Part shown: in pieces, positions 29,924 through 41,057 of the stretch
Numbering within the stretch: position 1 is the stretch's first letter
Layout: every line of letters starts with the position of its first letter
Origin: Candidatus Woesearchaeota archaeon
GTDB taxonomy: Archaea > Nanobdellota > Nanobdellia > Woesearchaeales > WAPY01
Direction of reading: 5' to 3'
Assembly (NCBI GenBank): GCA_049700835.1
Contig: JBNAUL010000002.1
Span: 334,275 to 398,274, forward strand
DNA length: 64,000 nucleotides
The notes under the pieces: model-generated
What the model was told of the DNA's origin: nothing
Database searches by the model: none
Seen by the model: the letters and a program-made list of their open reading frames with translations, nothing else
Program-made: the position numbers and the translations under genes

Positions 29924-30283
29924 TTACCATCTGCCCTTCATCTGCATTTCAAGGTTTGATATTCTTTGGTTCAAATTTTCAATAGCTGCCTTTAAAGTGT
30001 CAAGTTTTGCTGAGATAATCTCAAGATTTTTTTCTATGATTTCCTCTCTTGAACCTTGGACAACTGGCTGAATCTGCTGATAAGAAGGATATTGCTGAGG
30101 ATATTGCTGCTGCGGAAAATTCCTGTTGAAGCTCTGCTGAAAATCTTGCTGCGGCTCAAAAGAAGGGCTCATCGCATGCTCCTCAACCCCTGTTTTAAAC
30201 CCAAGGGCTTCTTTGTCAAGCTTTTCCAATCCCAAGTCATCCTCTTTTTTCTTCCAAAATGCAAGTTTGCTGAAAAATCCCAT
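29924..30283 (-). CDS. Hypothetical protein: amphipathic N-terminus, Q/P-rich linker, C-terminal coiled coil
   Basis: MGFFSKLAFWKKKE; QQYP repeats; LEIISAKLDTLKAAIENLNQRISNLE heptads. Confidence 0.75.
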   Translation of the reverse strand: MGFFSKLAFWKKKEDDLGLEKLDKEALGFKTGVEEHAMSPSFEPQQDFQQSFNRNFPQQQYPQQYPSYQQIQPVVQGSREEIIEKNLEIISAKLDTLKAAIENLNQRISNLEMQMKGRW

Positions 30284-30391
30284 CCCGCACCTCTTTTTTA
30301 AGCAATGAAAATCAAATCGTTTTTGCTGCAGTTATGCTATTCTTTTCTTATTATGCTATTTTTATAAAACTTTCTAATTTTTTTCATAAAA

Positions 30392-32884
30392 TTATTTTTC
30401 CCTTTTAACATAGAATATTCTAATTATTGAATTCATAAATTCCCTAAAAAAATTCCTGCGTTCTTCCAAAGATTTTATGCTTTCATTTTTGCTTTCTTGC
30501 CCTAAAATTTCTTTTGCTGTTTTATTCTGCTTTACCTTTTCAGAAAACGCTTGTTGTTCTGAAATGTTTGATGTTTTGTTTTTGTCAATGCTTAAATTTA
30601 AGAAGCAACTGTTTGAATATGCTGTGTATTCCTTTCCAAGGATATTATAAGATAATGCTGTTTTCCCAAGAGAAAGATATCCCTTAGCATAATCTTCAAT
30701 TGCAGGACTAAGTTCATATGCCATCAATTTTTCGCTCCCTGGCTCTAAAGAGAAGGATAAATTTCCAAGCTCGTTTATCCTTATTTCTGCTCTCTTGTTT
30801 CCTATGTTTCTAACTCTTAAACTTAAAAATGCCTTTGAACCGTTTAAGAAACAGCTCTTGTTAGCAATCACTGCTGGTTCTGAAATGTAATTAGGATTGA
30901 CTGAAATCTTGAGCTGCGTGGAGTTCTGCTCAAAAAGATTTCCATATTCGTCCTCAAATATTATTTTTAAAGGACCAAAAATGAGTGTTCCGTTGGTTTT
31001 TGGCCTTATAATTGTTTTTAGACTTGCTTGCTCTTCAGGATTGAGTTTTTTTATAAAAAATTTTGTTCTTTCAAAATCATAATTTTCTTGTTCTGGCATT
31101 AGAACAAGAATGTTGTATATTGGTTCCCTGAACGAATTTGCTATTTGAAGCTCATAGTATAAAAGGTTTCCTTCATAATCTCCTGAAGGCAAGTTTTGGG
31201 AAAGCGAAATCTTTATGCTTCTTGGTACAACCTCTAATTTTGATGTCTTTGAAATCATTCTTATTTCGTCAGAATAATTATAGGTTGCTGTTGTCTGTAT
31301 GTAGTACTCTTTGCTCTCATTCAGTTTGGGCGCTTTTATTCTGTAAGAATAAGCATTTACCGTTTCTCCTGCATAAGCAAGTATCGTCTTCTTTATGCTC
31401 TGATTTGATTTCAAGAGTTCATTAGGGCAATTGTCTTCCAATGTTATTGTAAGGTTTTCCTTTCGGTTGTTTTTCACGCTTACCTCAAAGAAAGTTTCCT
31501 CATAACTTTCAATCCTGTTCTTGTAGGAATGCGTTATTGTTATTTCCTTAACTGGTTCAACAACTATGTCCTTGGCAAACTCCTGCTTTAAGAAATCTCC
31601 GTATTCTGTAAAGTACGCAGAGTTTATAGTGAGTTTGTATGCCTTTCTTGAATTTTCCTTTGGAGTTGTTATTGTCTTGTTTATTATTAGAACTCTCTGC
31701 ATTGGGCCTATCTCGCTAATGCTTAGATTTTCTCTTCCTATCAAATCATTGTATATTAAGATGCTTATGTTTTTCAGCGTTATCTTTGTTGAAGGGTTTT
31801 GCATGTATGCCTTTATTGAAACTTCTTCATCGCTCTCAAAAATAAGCGAATTTGAAAAAAATATAGAAGGCTCTATGCTTTTAATAACCAGATTTTTTGT
31901 TGAGCGAACTTCTTCAAAACTGTTCTTTGCAACAAGAATTATCTGAGAACTACCAAATCGCTTTCCCTTGACATTTATAAAGAAGCTCTTGGTTGAATTC
32001 TGAGGTATTGAAGAGTTTATTTTGCAGAGATTGTATGTTTGGCATGAAATATTGGAACTTTCTATTTCCAAACCATTTGGAATTATGAGTTCTATTTCTG
32101 CTCTTGTTTCGTTTATGAAATTTGTTATATTTATGTCTATTCTTGTTTCCTCTCCAACTAATATCTCTGTTCTGTTAAGATAAAAACTTGTATTCACCGA
32201 AGGTCTTGCAACTATTGTCTGCAACGACGAATATGAAACTTCCTTATTTCCATAAACTTCGTATTCAAGCTTTGATCTTGTATTGTATGTTGAGCCCTTC
32301 AGGGCTATAATCTCGTAACTGTATTCTGCTACCTGATTTCCAGACAAAATTCCGCTCTCATGGAACTCTGAGCTTCCGTTGACTAAGAACAGCCCTTCTG
32401 GAAGTTCATCAGAATATTTAAAAGGGACGCTGAAGTTAGCGGTGTTGTTTATTGTAACATTTACAATAATTCTCTCGCCAACATGGAGCTGAGTTCTGTT
32501 GAGCGTTCTTGAAAATGAGAGAACAGTTGTGTTGTAGTAAGTCCTTATGTATGCTTTCAGTTTTCCGCTAACATCTGTGACATTCAAAACGCAGATGCTT
32601 ATCTCATCTATATTATCGCATGAGTTGTTCCTTATTGTCATGAATGTTGAATCCTTTTTCACAAGAAGATTTTTTTCAGTACTTATGTACATAGTAAAAA
32701 CCTTGTTGTTTATCTTAATATCTTCTCCTGATGCAATCCAAGAGTAGGTTGTGGCTGCAAGGCACTCCTTGGAGAGAAATAATTGCAAATAAAGGAATAA
32801 CAAGAACAGCAATGCTGAAAGCGCAATTATAATTTTTGTTCTCCTGTTTTTTAAATGCTCTTTTAAATGTTCTATTGTGCTCAT
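30392..32884 (-). CDS. Secreted multi-Ig-fold (DUF11/BatD-like) glycoprotein
   Basis: N-terminal hydrophobic segment, repeated beta-rich domains (VGERIIVNVTINN, VGEETRIDINITN), many NxS/T sequons. Confidence 0.65.
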   Translation of the reverse strand: MSTIEHLKEHLKNRRTKIIIALSALLFLLFLYLQLFLSKECLAATTYSWIASGEDIKINNKVFTMYISTEKNLLVKKDSTFMTIRNNSCDNIDEISICVLNVTDVSGKLKAYIRTYYNTTVLSFSRTLNRTQLHVGERIIVNVTINNTANFSVPFKYSDELPEGLFLVNGSSEFHESGILSGNQVAEYSYEIIALKGSTYNTRSKLEYEVYGNKEVSYSSLQTIVARPSVNTSFYLNRTEILVGEETRIDINITNFINETRAEIELIIPNGLEIESSNISCQTYNLCKINSSIPQNSTKSFFINVKGKRFGSSQIILVAKNSFEEVRSTKNLVIKSIEPSIFFSNSLIFESDEEVSIKAYMQNPSTKITLKNISILIYNDLIGRENLSISEIGPMQRVLIINKTITTPKENSRKAYKLTINSAYFTEYGDFLKQEFAKDIVVEPVKEITITHSYKNRIESYEETFFEVSVKNNRKENLTITLEDNCPNELLKSNQSIKKTILAYAGETVNAYSYRIKAPKLNESKEYYIQTTATYNYSDEIRMISKTSKLEVVPRSIKISLSQNLPSGDYEGNLLYYELQIANSFREPIYNILVLMPEQENYDFERTKFFIKKLNPEEQASLKTIIRPKTNGTLIFGPLKIIFEDEYGNLFEQNSTQLKISVNPNYISEPAVIANKSCFLNGSKAFLSLRVRNIGNKRAEIRINELGNLSFSLEPGSEKLMAYELSPAIEDYAKGYLSLGKTALSYNILGKEYTAYSNSCFLNLSIDKNKTSNISEQQAFSEKVKQNKTAKEILGQESKNESIKSLEERRNFFREFMNSIIRIFYVKREK

Positions 32885-32955
32885 CTTTTTATGCCCTTTT
32901 TATACTCTTTATTCTATGTTTTTCAAATCTTTTCTGGCTTTTGCTTATCCATCCT

Positions 32956-33762
32956 TCACGAGCTCTGCTTGTTCTTTTGTTCTTTGTTTGTTTCATTGAT
33001 TGATGCTTCAATTTTTTTGAAGACAGAGTTTATCATTTTCTCAGGAATTATTGAAGTAAGATAAAATAGAGGCGTTCTTGGATAAACAATAACATTCTTT
33101 TTCTTGTACTCCTTTATCAGATATGAGAAATCCTTTTCAAGTGCAGATGTAACTGTTAAACCAAAAATTTTTGCTTTAAATTCCTCTTCTGTGTTATTGG
33201 ATAAGATCTCTCTTTCAATGAGAGTTCTTTGTCCTTCGCTAATTCTACCTTTCTTCACAAGTATAGAAGAGAATGCTGTTATCGGCTTTTGGCTTTTCAG
33301 GATGCTTAAGACCTCTTCGTTGCTCAACTCAAAATCTTCTATTGTTATTTTCTCTCCTGCATTCTTTATTGCATCCTCGTTAAAAACAAAGAATCTTATA
33401 GCGGTTGTTGAGTTGCCTGCTGCAAAACTTGAAAGCATTTTTTTATAATTCTTTTCGTTATAGTATCTTTGCAGTTCTGAAAGTTTTTCATTGCTCATTG
33501 CATTGAATTCCTCTTTTGAAAAGACTGTTGTAAAACCTGACTGAAATTTATTGTCTGAAACAAATAAGAACATTATTCTCTGCGACGGAAGGGTTCTTAC
33601 GCTTGAAACATCGTTGTAAACCAAGAGCATAAAGATAAGGAATGCTGCAATGATGAAAAGCAGAGAAACGAGAATTGCTTTAAATAGAGTTTTCACAAAC
33701 TTAAAAATCAGAAATATCAGCAATAGTATCAAAATTATACCTGTTAAAAAGCTTATGTCCAT
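32956..33762 (-). CDS. Hypothetical membrane protein (two N-terminal TM helices)
   Basis: Hydrophobic residues about 5-50; GAGGTGA upstream. Confidence 0.75.
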   Translation of the reverse strand: MDISFLTGIILILLLIFLIFKFVKTLFKAILVSLLFIIAAFLIFMLLVYNDVSSVRTLPSQRIMFLFVSDNKFQSGFTTVFSKEEFNAMSNEKLSELQRYYNEKNYKKMLSSFAAGNSTTAIRFFVFNEDAIKNAGEKITIEDFELSNEEVLSILKSQKPITAFSSILVKKGRISEGQRTLIEREILSNNTEEEFKAKIFGLTVTSALEKDFSYLIKEYKKKNVIVYPRTPLFYLTSIIPEKMINSVFKKIEASINETNKEQKNKQSS

Positions 33763-34271
33763 AAAATCACCTCTTTTAAGTTCCTTGAAATTTGTTCTTA
33801 ATTCGTTCTTTAATGATTTGTTCTTTAAAATTATTTCTCTAAAATTATTTTTATTATTTAAATATTTGCAGCATCAGCATTGCAGCATTTGGCAAAATGC
33901 ATTTTTAATTCTGATTTTTATTCAGATTAATCTAAAAATTTTTTTGTGTTTTTAAATCTTTGGCAAGTAGATTGTTTTGCGCTGATTTCATTGCAATTGT
34001 TCTAAGAATTTATTCTAATGATTTTTAATTTTCTTTCTTTTTTTGTTTTTCTAATAATGTTACTTTCTCCTAACTCCCTGTGCATTATTTTTATTTTTTG
34101 TTAGAAAAACTTATTCTGTTTGAATTTTGTTCTTGCTCTGCATTCTTGCTTAGCGCTTATTAACTTTTGTTCTTTAACGGTTCTTTAACTGCTTTCAGCA
34201 ACTTCTCTTTGCATTTTTAGGCGTTTCCTATGCATTCTCTGCATTTCTTTTTGCAATTAGTACTTTGTTGC

Positions 34272-36194
34272 TTATCCCTTTCTATTCTGAGGAGCAAAAT
34301 GCTTTTGAATTCTGTTCTTTCCCTTTATCTCTTTAAGGATGTGCTGTTTTTCCTTCCAATCAAGAACCTCTTCAAGAACTTCTATTATGTTTGTGACAGG
34401 AATAATTCTTATTGAAGATAACTTGTTTTTGTCAATGATTATGTCCTTAAGGTTTGTTTTTGGAACAATTATGTTTTTAATTCCTGCATTTATTGCTGCA
34501 TCTACTTTTGTTGAAACCCCTCCAACAGGCAGAACTTCTCCTCTAACTGATAATGAGCCGGTCATTGCATAGTCCTGTTTTATCGGGATTTGCTTTAGAG
34601 CGCTTATTATTGAGGTTGCAACAGCTATGCTCGCTGAATCCCCTTCCACACCCTCATAGGTTTGCAGGAACTGAACATAAATATCGTATTTTCCCTTTAT
34701 GTCCTCTCCAAAATACTTTTTGATTATTGCAGAAACATTTTTAACTGCTTCTTGTGCAATCTTGCCAAGCTTTCCGGTTGCTATTATCTCAGGATTTTTT
34801 CCTCCAGGAGTTACCTCTGATTCTATTGGCAGCACAATTCCTGAATAAGAGTCCTCTGTTCCTATAACTGCAAGCCCATTAACCCTGCCAATCAATTTTC
34901 CAGAGGTCATTATTACTTCATACTCTTTTTTTCTTTCAATGTATCTGTCTGCAATCTGCTTTTCAAGAGTTCTTGCAATTATCTTTGCTTTCAAAACATG
35001 ATTTTTCATGACAAGCCCTGATTTTTCTTCAATAGCAATGTCTCCTGCAGCCCTTATCAATCCCCCAAGTTCCCTCAATCTCAGAGTAAGGTAACCCTTT
35101 CTGTTAGCCATTCTTCTTGCTTCCTCAATTATTACTTCAACTGCTTCTTTGGAAAAATGAGGTATCCTGTTGTCCTTTTGCACTTCCTGCGCAACGAACC
35201 TAACCAATTTATCCCTGTTTTCATCGTTATCTTTCATGTGCTCTTCCATGTAAACCTCGTAACCATAACCCCTTATTCTTGATCGTAATGCAGGGTGCAT
35301 TCTCTTCACGGTTTCCAAGTTTCCAGCTGCTATCAGTATGAACTCGCATGGAACTGGCTCTGTTCTGACCATTGCTCCTGCTGACCTCTCGCTCTGTCCT
35401 GTTATAGCATACTTTCCCTCTTGCAGAGAGGTCAATAATTCCTGTTGAGTTGATGGTTCAAGCGTTGCTATTTCATCAATAAACAAAACTCCTCTGTGCG
35501 CTTTGTGAATCATTCCAGCAACTACTCTCTCGTGAGCAGGAGTTCCTAATCCTCCGCTTTGGTAAGGATCATGCAGCACATCTCCGAGCAAAGCTCCTGC
35601 ATGGGCTCCTGTTGCATCGTAAAAAGGCGCCTGTTTTCTTCCATAGTTATCAACTATGAGTTTTGGAGGAAGTTTTATCTTTGCGGAGTTTCTTGCTGCT
35701 AAATTTAGGAATATAACAAAACTTACTAAGAACAGCATCCCTCCAAGAAATAGAGAGGAAAACATTATTGAAGCAACTACTGCTGACTCTGAACTTTTAT
35801 AATAGTTGTAAGCCCACCAAGGAGCAAACATTGCCAAAAGCAGAAGGATAAACATTATTAAATTTTGGTTCTTAAAGGAAGTTGAATTTTCGAGCTTTGC
35901 TCTCATTACAATTTCCCTTCCTTCGCCAGCAGGAACAACCCTTATTAAAGGTTGGTTTTCGTCGTTGGGATTAGGATATGATAGAATATCAACAAGTTTT
36001 TCTCTTGGAAGCAGTTCTGCCAAAGCCATTCCGAGCATTGACTTTCCTGTTCCTGGCTCTCCTATGAGCAAAACATGCCTTCTCTGCTTTGCTGCTTTTT
36101 TTATTATCTCAACTGCTCTTTCTTGGCCTATCACCTGTTCTATGAGTTTTTGAGGAACTTTTATCTCTGCTGTTGTTTTGAATTTCATCATCAA
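34272..36194 (-). CDS. lonB: Archaeal membrane-bound ATP-dependent protease LonB
   Basis: [14 protein letters not shown], two TM helices inserted in the AAA+ domain, LFIDEI, EGDSAS catalytic Ser, PVGGVSTK catalytic Lys. Confidence 0.96.
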   Translation of the reverse strand: MMMKFKTTAEIKVPQKLIEQVIGQERAVEIIKKAAKQRRHVLLIGEPGTGKSMLGMALAELLPREKLVDILSYPNPNDENQPLIRVVPAGEGREIVMRAKLENSTSFKNQNLIMFILLLLAMFAPWWAYNYYKSSESAVVASIMFSSLFLGGMLFLVSFVIFLNLAARNSAKIKLPPKLIVDNYGRKQAPFYDATGAHAGALLGDVLHDPYQSGGLGTPAHERVVAGMIHKAHRGVLFIDEIATLEPSTQQELLTSLQEGKYAITGQSERSAGAMVRTEPVPCEFILIAAGNLETVKRMHPALRSRIRGYGYEVYMEEHMKDNDENRDKLVRFVAQEVQKDNRIPHFSKEAVEVIIEEARRMANRKGYLTLRLRELGGLIRAAGDIAIEEKSGLVMKNHVLKAKIIARTLEKQIADRYIERKKEYEVIMTSGKLIGRVNGLAVIGTEDSYSGIVLPIESEVTPGGKNPEIIATGKLGKIAQEAVKNVSAIIKKYFGEDIKGKYDIYVQFLQTYEGVEGDSASIAVATSIISALKQIPIKQDYAMTGSLSVRGEVLPVGGVSTKVDAAINAGIKNIIVPKTNLKDIIIDKNKLSSIRIIPVTNIIEVLEEVLDWKEKQHILKEIKGKNRIQKHFAPQNRKG

Positions 36195-36773
36195 CTATTG
36201 TGCTTTGCCCTCTATTTAAATATTTTACTTTGTTTTATTATTACATTAGAGTACGGATAAGATAAGTGCAGATAAAAATAAAGTAAAGCGAAACAAAATT
36301 ATAAAACAAGGCAAGCGCTGAAAGTCTGCATTAGTTGATTGAAATATTTTTCAAATGTTTTTAATCCATTCTTCTTTTTTCTCTTTTATTATATTTTTGT
36401 ATTGAAAATGAAAAAGAAAAAACAGCGAAAATTTCGCATTGTTAAGCTGTGATTAAGCTTGATTAAATTATGCTAACAATTTTTTTTAAAATCTTAATTG
36501 CCTAATCTTAGAATTATGCTTAAATTTATGCTAAATCTTTTGCAAGGTTCTGCATTCTGCAATGTTCTGTAAGAATTTAGCACTCAAATCAATTTCTTCA
36601 AATCAATCCCTATTTAATTCTTGGTTCAAATGCTGTTTTGCATGCTTTTTTTAAATACTCTTATTAAATTCAAATTTATCCGTGTTTGCTCTTGTGCTCT
36701 TGTTTTTTTATTAGCTCTTCTTTGTAATTATCTTTGTAATATCTTTGTTCTTATTCTATCATTGTTTTGTTAT

Positions 36774-37337
36774 TCAGCTTTTCTTATTTTTTTTCTTTTT
36801 GTATGACAAAAAGCACTCCCTGCACATGAATACCCCATCAACTTGTTTTAACTCGTCTTTTAGTTCTCCACAGACCTGACAAATTCCGGATGACTGTGAG
36901 AAAACAGGTTTTCTGTCTGCTTCTCTTATGCTCATCTTCTCAGAAATAATTTCAAAGAGTTGCGGCTGTATTTTTAGGATATCTTTCAAGGTTAGGAGCC
37001 CTAACAGCTTCTTTCCGCTTATTACTGGCAGGTGCCTTATTCCTTTTTTCCTCATCAAAATCAAGGCATCGTAGATATCCTTTTCAGGGGTTATTGTTAT
37101 TACTTTTTTAACCATAAAATACTTGACTGGCTTTTTTATGTCTTTGCCGAGCGCAACAATCTTTCTTGTGATATCCTGCTCAGTTATTATTCCCTTTAAA
37201 ATCCCGTTCTCAGACACTGGAATTCCGCCGACATGTTCCTTTCTCATCAACTGCGCGCATTCCTGAACTGTTGTGTCTGGTGTTATAGTGATTGGAGATT
37301 GAGTCATAGCATCGCAAACTTTGCAACCTGTTTTCAT
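36774..37337 (-). CDS. CBS-domain pair protein with C-terminal zinc ribbon
   Basis: GGIPV..GIITEQDI and IRHLPV..GLLTLKDI; CQVC...CREC. Confidence 0.9.
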   Translation of the reverse strand: MKTGCKVCDAMTQSPITITPDTTVQECAQLMRKEHVGGIPVSENGILKGIITEQDITRKIVALGKDIKKPVKYFMVKKVITITPEKDIYDALILMRKKGIRHLPVISGKKLLGLLTLKDILKIQPQLFEIISEKMSIREADRKPVFSQSSGICQVCGELKDELKQVDGVFMCRECFLSYKKKKNKKS

Positions 37338-37843
37338 TTCACCACCCTTTTTTGCGTTTTATCTCTAAGAATCATTAATATCAAATCATTAATAAATTTA
37401 TCTAAACAAAAGTATATAAATTATTTTTTATGAAAACATTTCAAAAAACAATTCTATTCAGTGAGAAAAAAAGTATATTAATATTCAAAAAATAATATTC
37501 AAAAAACAATTTTGCATTGGAGCATGTTCTTGATTTTATCCTGCGTTGTTGATTAATATATTGATTATTGATTATAATATTAATTATACTATTAATTCTT
37601 TCCTGAATTGGGCTTGTGTCTTAAACGCTGTTCTAAATGCTGTCTTGAATTATGATATGCTGTCTTATGCTATCTTAATTTTCAAATTCTTTCAAAATCG
37701 CTATATCAAAAAATCGCTAAATTAAATCTTGATTTTTATCTTTCTATGCTTTGAAATTTTAGCGCGAATTAGGAAAATTCCATATTTTTCCTGATATGAA
37801 TCTTAGTTGCATTAAACATTGCATTTTTTAATAGGTAATGATT

Positions 37844-39778
37844 CTAATAATTGATAATGAACTCTATATCCTCGCCTAAAATTCTCTTTATATTCTCAAC
37901 CAAATCTGTTGTCAGAACAGCATTTCCTGGTTTTTCAGCATCGATGAACTTTTCAAACTCCTCCTGAGATATCTCAACGAAATCTGATACTTTTTTCTCT
38001 CCTAATATTTCTGCTTTATAGCATTTGTCCTTTTCCTTTATGTCAGAAACAAGATAGATGTTTTTCTCCATGAAAACAAGCTCTCCTAATTTTGAACCGT
38101 GCTTTACCCTTACCTTTGAACTCTCAAGCTCCCTGAACTTCTTTCTCTGTATGTACTCAAGCAAAAACTTTGTAAGCTCTCCTGCGTCCTTTAGGAATTT
38201 TTTAACATCGATCTTTGAAAGCTTCTGTTCCTCGTAGTCCTTCTTATTCTTTTCAATCATCTTTAGCTTCCTGAAGAAATTTTCAGGAATCTTTCCTGTG
38301 TCCACCAATTTTTCCTTGAAGCACTGCATTAAGTTGTTTTCCTCGCAACTCATAACTCCTTCTTCCTTCAAGCAGTCCCTTACAACGCTTGTAACAGTGT
38401 CGCAAACCTTTAGGAAGTTCTCCTCTTCTTTTGTCTTTTCTATCTGAGAGAACAATCTCTTTATTCTCTTGAGATATTTATCTGCATTTTCCAAGAGTTG
38501 GTCTATTTCTTTTCCTGAAACGCTCTTCTTTATGTTGTGCTCAACATCCTTTCTTAGTTTTATGTTCTCTTCAAGAATATCAACGAATTTGTCCTCAAGC
38601 AGTTTTTCCTTTTTAACGAAGATTTCCCTCATGAGTTCAGGGGTTTCCTTAGGGTCAGGAGGTGGAACTCCATATAACATAAGGGCTGCCTGCGACGGGG
38701 TCAAAATTGCGTAATAGATGTCTTCTATTCCTATGTCCTTAAGTTTGAACTCAACATTCTTGAGCATGTGCTCTCCTGTTGACATGAACATGTCTATTGC
38801 TTCCCTGCTTGGCTTTATCCTTCCCATTTTTAGCAGCTGCTTCCAAGGAACAAACAAACCCCTGTCATACAAAGGAATTCCATCTCTCAGCAAGGTGAAT
38901 ATTATAGGATTTGCTTCTCTCAAAGAATCCCAAAAATCAGTCAGTATGTAAACTTGGATGTTCAGTTTGTTCTTTATTCCTGTAATTTCTCCTGCTTCTA
39001 TTCCCATTCCAATTATTATTGCTCTAAGTTTGTCTTTCAATTCTGCCCTGCTCATCCTTTTTACATCTGTATCATCAATAACAATCCAAACATCAATGTC
39101 TGACTCCTTTGTTGCCCTTCCCTTGACTATAGAACCAGCCAAAACATAACTAACGATATATCTCTCAAACTTTTTTATAACCATTGTTTTGTGAATTTCA
39201 GAAATCTTTATAGCAGAAAGCATTCCTTTCTCATATACTGGAACTGAAAGCGCAAGCCTCTTCAAGATTTCATATCTTGCATCAAGGCAAAACTGCCAAA
39301 GTTCTGATAGCAGCAGGATTTCTGTTTTTAGCTGAGCATTAACCTCTTTTGCAAAAGAATCAATTATTGCTGAAATCTTTGATTTCAGCTCTTCCTTGCT
39401 CATCTTGGTTGAGTCAGAATCGTCAATCATGACAAGAAGATTAAAGTTCAAACCCTGTTTTGCTCCTGATGCTTCTGAAGCTTCTTCAGGATTTTTTTCA
39501 TCTACGCTGCTTTCATCTTTCTTATTCTCGCTTTCAGCAGGAACAAGGGCTATTCCAATAACATAGTCCTCAAACTTTTCAAGAATTCTTTTCTTTAACC
39601 TTTCAACGCTCTCTGTAAGTTCCTTTAATTTGTTTTTTATTTCTTCAGGAAGATTTTCCATTAATTTGTTCAAATTGTTTAAATCCTGATTTGTTATCTC
39701 TTTTTCCTCATTAGAATTCTTGCCTGTATCTTTAATCTCTTCCTTTTTTTTATTGCCAACTGCCTCTTTTTTTGCCAT
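37844..39778 (-). CDS. Nucleotidyltransferase (MNT) - HEPN fusion with internally duplicated domains
   Basis: AGSIVKGRATKESDIDVWIVIDD polymerase-beta motif; degenerate upstream copy LLVMIDDSDSTKMSKEELK; HEPN-like YYAILTPSQAALM...RKDVEH; ATG 39778 after AGGTG. Confidence 0.75.
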   Translation of the reverse strand: MAKKEAVGNKKKEEIKDTGKNSNEEKEITNQDLNNLNKLMENLPEEIKNKLKELTESVERLKKRILEKFEDYVIGIALVPAESENKKDESSVDEKNPEEASEASGAKQGLNFNLLVMIDDSDSTKMSKEELKSKISAIIDSFAKEVNAQLKTEILLLSELWQFCLDARYEILKRLALSVPVYEKGMLSAIKISEIHKTMVIKKFERYIVSYVLAGSIVKGRATKESDIDVWIVIDDTDVKRMSRAELKDKLRAIIIGMGIEAGEITGIKNKLNIQVYILTDFWDSLREANPIIFTLLRDGIPLYDRGLFVPWKQLLKMGRIKPSREAIDMFMSTGEHMLKNVEFKLKDIGIEDIYYAILTPSQAALMLYGVPPPDPKETPELMREIFVKKEKLLEDKFVDILEENIKLRKDVEHNIKKSVSGKEIDQLLENADKYLKRIKRLFSQIEKTKEEENFLKVCDTVTSVVRDCLKEEGVMSCEENNLMQCFKEKLVDTGKIPENFFRKLKMIEKNKKDYEEQKLSKIDVKKFLKDAGELTKFLLEYIQRKKFRELESSKVRVKHGSKLGELVFMEKNIYLVSDIKEKDKCYKAEILGEKKVSDFVEISQEEFEKFIDAEKPGNAVLTTDLVENIKRILGEDIEFIINY

Positions 39779-39940
39779 AAGAACACCTTGATTTTTTATG
39801 AAATTGTTAATAAGCAACAGGTATTTAAATATTGTTATTTAGAATGCATTATTAATGCATTATTAATTATTATTTAAGATAACTTTGCTCAGGAGATTAA
39901 ATTCTGCGTTTAATTTTCTATTCTGGACAATGCTTGAAAA

Positions 39941-40024
39941 TGCGGGGGCTGGGATTCGAACCCAGGTAGGCACTAAGCCACATGGTCCTAAGCCATGCCC
40001 CTTTGACCTCTCGGGAACCCCCGC
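39941..40024 (-). tRNA. trnL: tRNA-Leu(TAG), no intron, CCA not encoded
   Basis: Minus strand GCGGGGGTTCCCGAGAGGTCAAAGGGG-CATGG-CTTAGGA-CCATG-TGGCTTAGTGCCTAC-CTGGG-TTCGAAT-CCCAG-CCCCCGC-A; long variable arm. Confidence 0.95.
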
Positions 40025-40089
40025 AAAATTTCAAAGACAAAAATAAAAAATTAAAAAAGTTTATATTCAAATGTGAATTTTTTATTTTT

Positions 40090-40836
40090 ATGAAAAGTAA
40101 ATTAATGCTTGTCTATAAAAAACTTTTGAATAAGTACGGTGAGCAGGGATGGTGGCCAATATTAAAGCAGAATTCATTCGAATACAGAACTTTTTTCAAA
40201 CATGAAAAAAAGAGTATTAATCAAAAGTTTGAAATTTGCATCGGAGCAATATTAACGCAGAACACTGCATGGAAGAATGTTGAAAAGGCGTTTGTGAACT
40301 TGAGCAGAGCAAATATTTTTTCTCCGCAAAAAATACTCTCAACTCCTGAGAAAAAACTTGCTGAGCTCATAAGGCCTGCGGGTTATTACAATGTGAAAAC
40401 AAGAAAGTTGAAAGAGATAAGCAGGTTTTTCTTGGAGCATAAAGATGATTTTGAGAATGAGAGCTTGAGCAGGGAGGAATTGCTTAGGGTTTGGGGCGTT
40501 GGAAAGGAGAGTGCTGATTACATAATGCTGTATGCGCTGAACAAGCCATTCTTTGTTGTTGATGCCTACACCATAAGAATATTTTCAAGGTTAGGGTTCT
40601 TTGATGAGAAAAGCAACTATGATTTTGTTCAAGAATTCTTTCAAAAAAACTTGGCAAAGGATTACAAGATTTACAATGAATACCACGCATTGATAGTTGA
40701 GCATGCAAAGAATTGCTGCAGGAAAAAACCTGTTTGCGAAGATTGCGTTCTAAGAAAAGAATGCAAATACTATCAAGACAAAAGGGATAAAAATGCAAGC
40801 AAAGAACAAAGCAAGAAAATTAAAGAGCGCAAATAA
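40090..40836 (+). CDS. Endonuclease III-like HhH-GPD protein (second paralogue)
   Basis: YGEQGWWP, FEICIGAILTQNTAWKNVEKA, GVGKESAD, FVVDAYT.RI, CRKKPVCEDCVLRKEC; start moved to 40090 because the ORF-track extension overlaps the tRNA. Confidence 0.9.
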   Translation: MKSKLMLVYKKLLNKYGEQGWWPILKQNSFEYRTFFKHEKKSINQKFEICIGAILTQNTAWKNVEKAFVNLSRANIFSPQKILSTPEKKLAELIRPAGYYNVKTRKLKEISRFFLEHKDDFENESLSREELLRVWGVGKESADYIMLYALNKPFFVVDAYTIRIFSRLGFFDEKSNYDFVQEFFQKNLAKDYKIYNEYHALIVEHAKNCCRKKPVCEDCVLRKECKYYQDKRDKNASKEQSKKIKERK

Positions 40837-40850
40837 AAAAACAAAAAAAA

Positions 40851-40950
40851 NNNNNNNNNNNNNNNNNNNNNNNNNNNNNNNNNNNNNNNNNNNNNNNNNN
40901 NNNNNNNNNNNNNNNNNNNNNNNNNNNNNNNNNNNNNNNNNNNNNNNNNN
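40851..40950. other. Assembly gap (100 N)
   Basis: Run of N flanked by poly-A. Confidence 1.
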
Positions 40951-41057
40951 AAAAAAAATGTTATGGAAAATATGCTAATTCTGTTTCGCGATTAAAGAAT
41001 AGCAATACAGCACAGCATAGAAAATTTTTTAAACAAAACCTTAAATGCTTTCTCTTC

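Noticed and set aside
22951..36194. Inteins in PolB or LonB
   Set aside because: Both have normal lengths and contiguous motifs; the short K/E/N-rich insert in the PolB fingers has no splicing motifs.
39982..40089. N-terminal extension of the EndoIII-like ORF
   Set aside because: It overlaps tRNA-Leu on the opposite strand; ATG 40090 is the plausible start.
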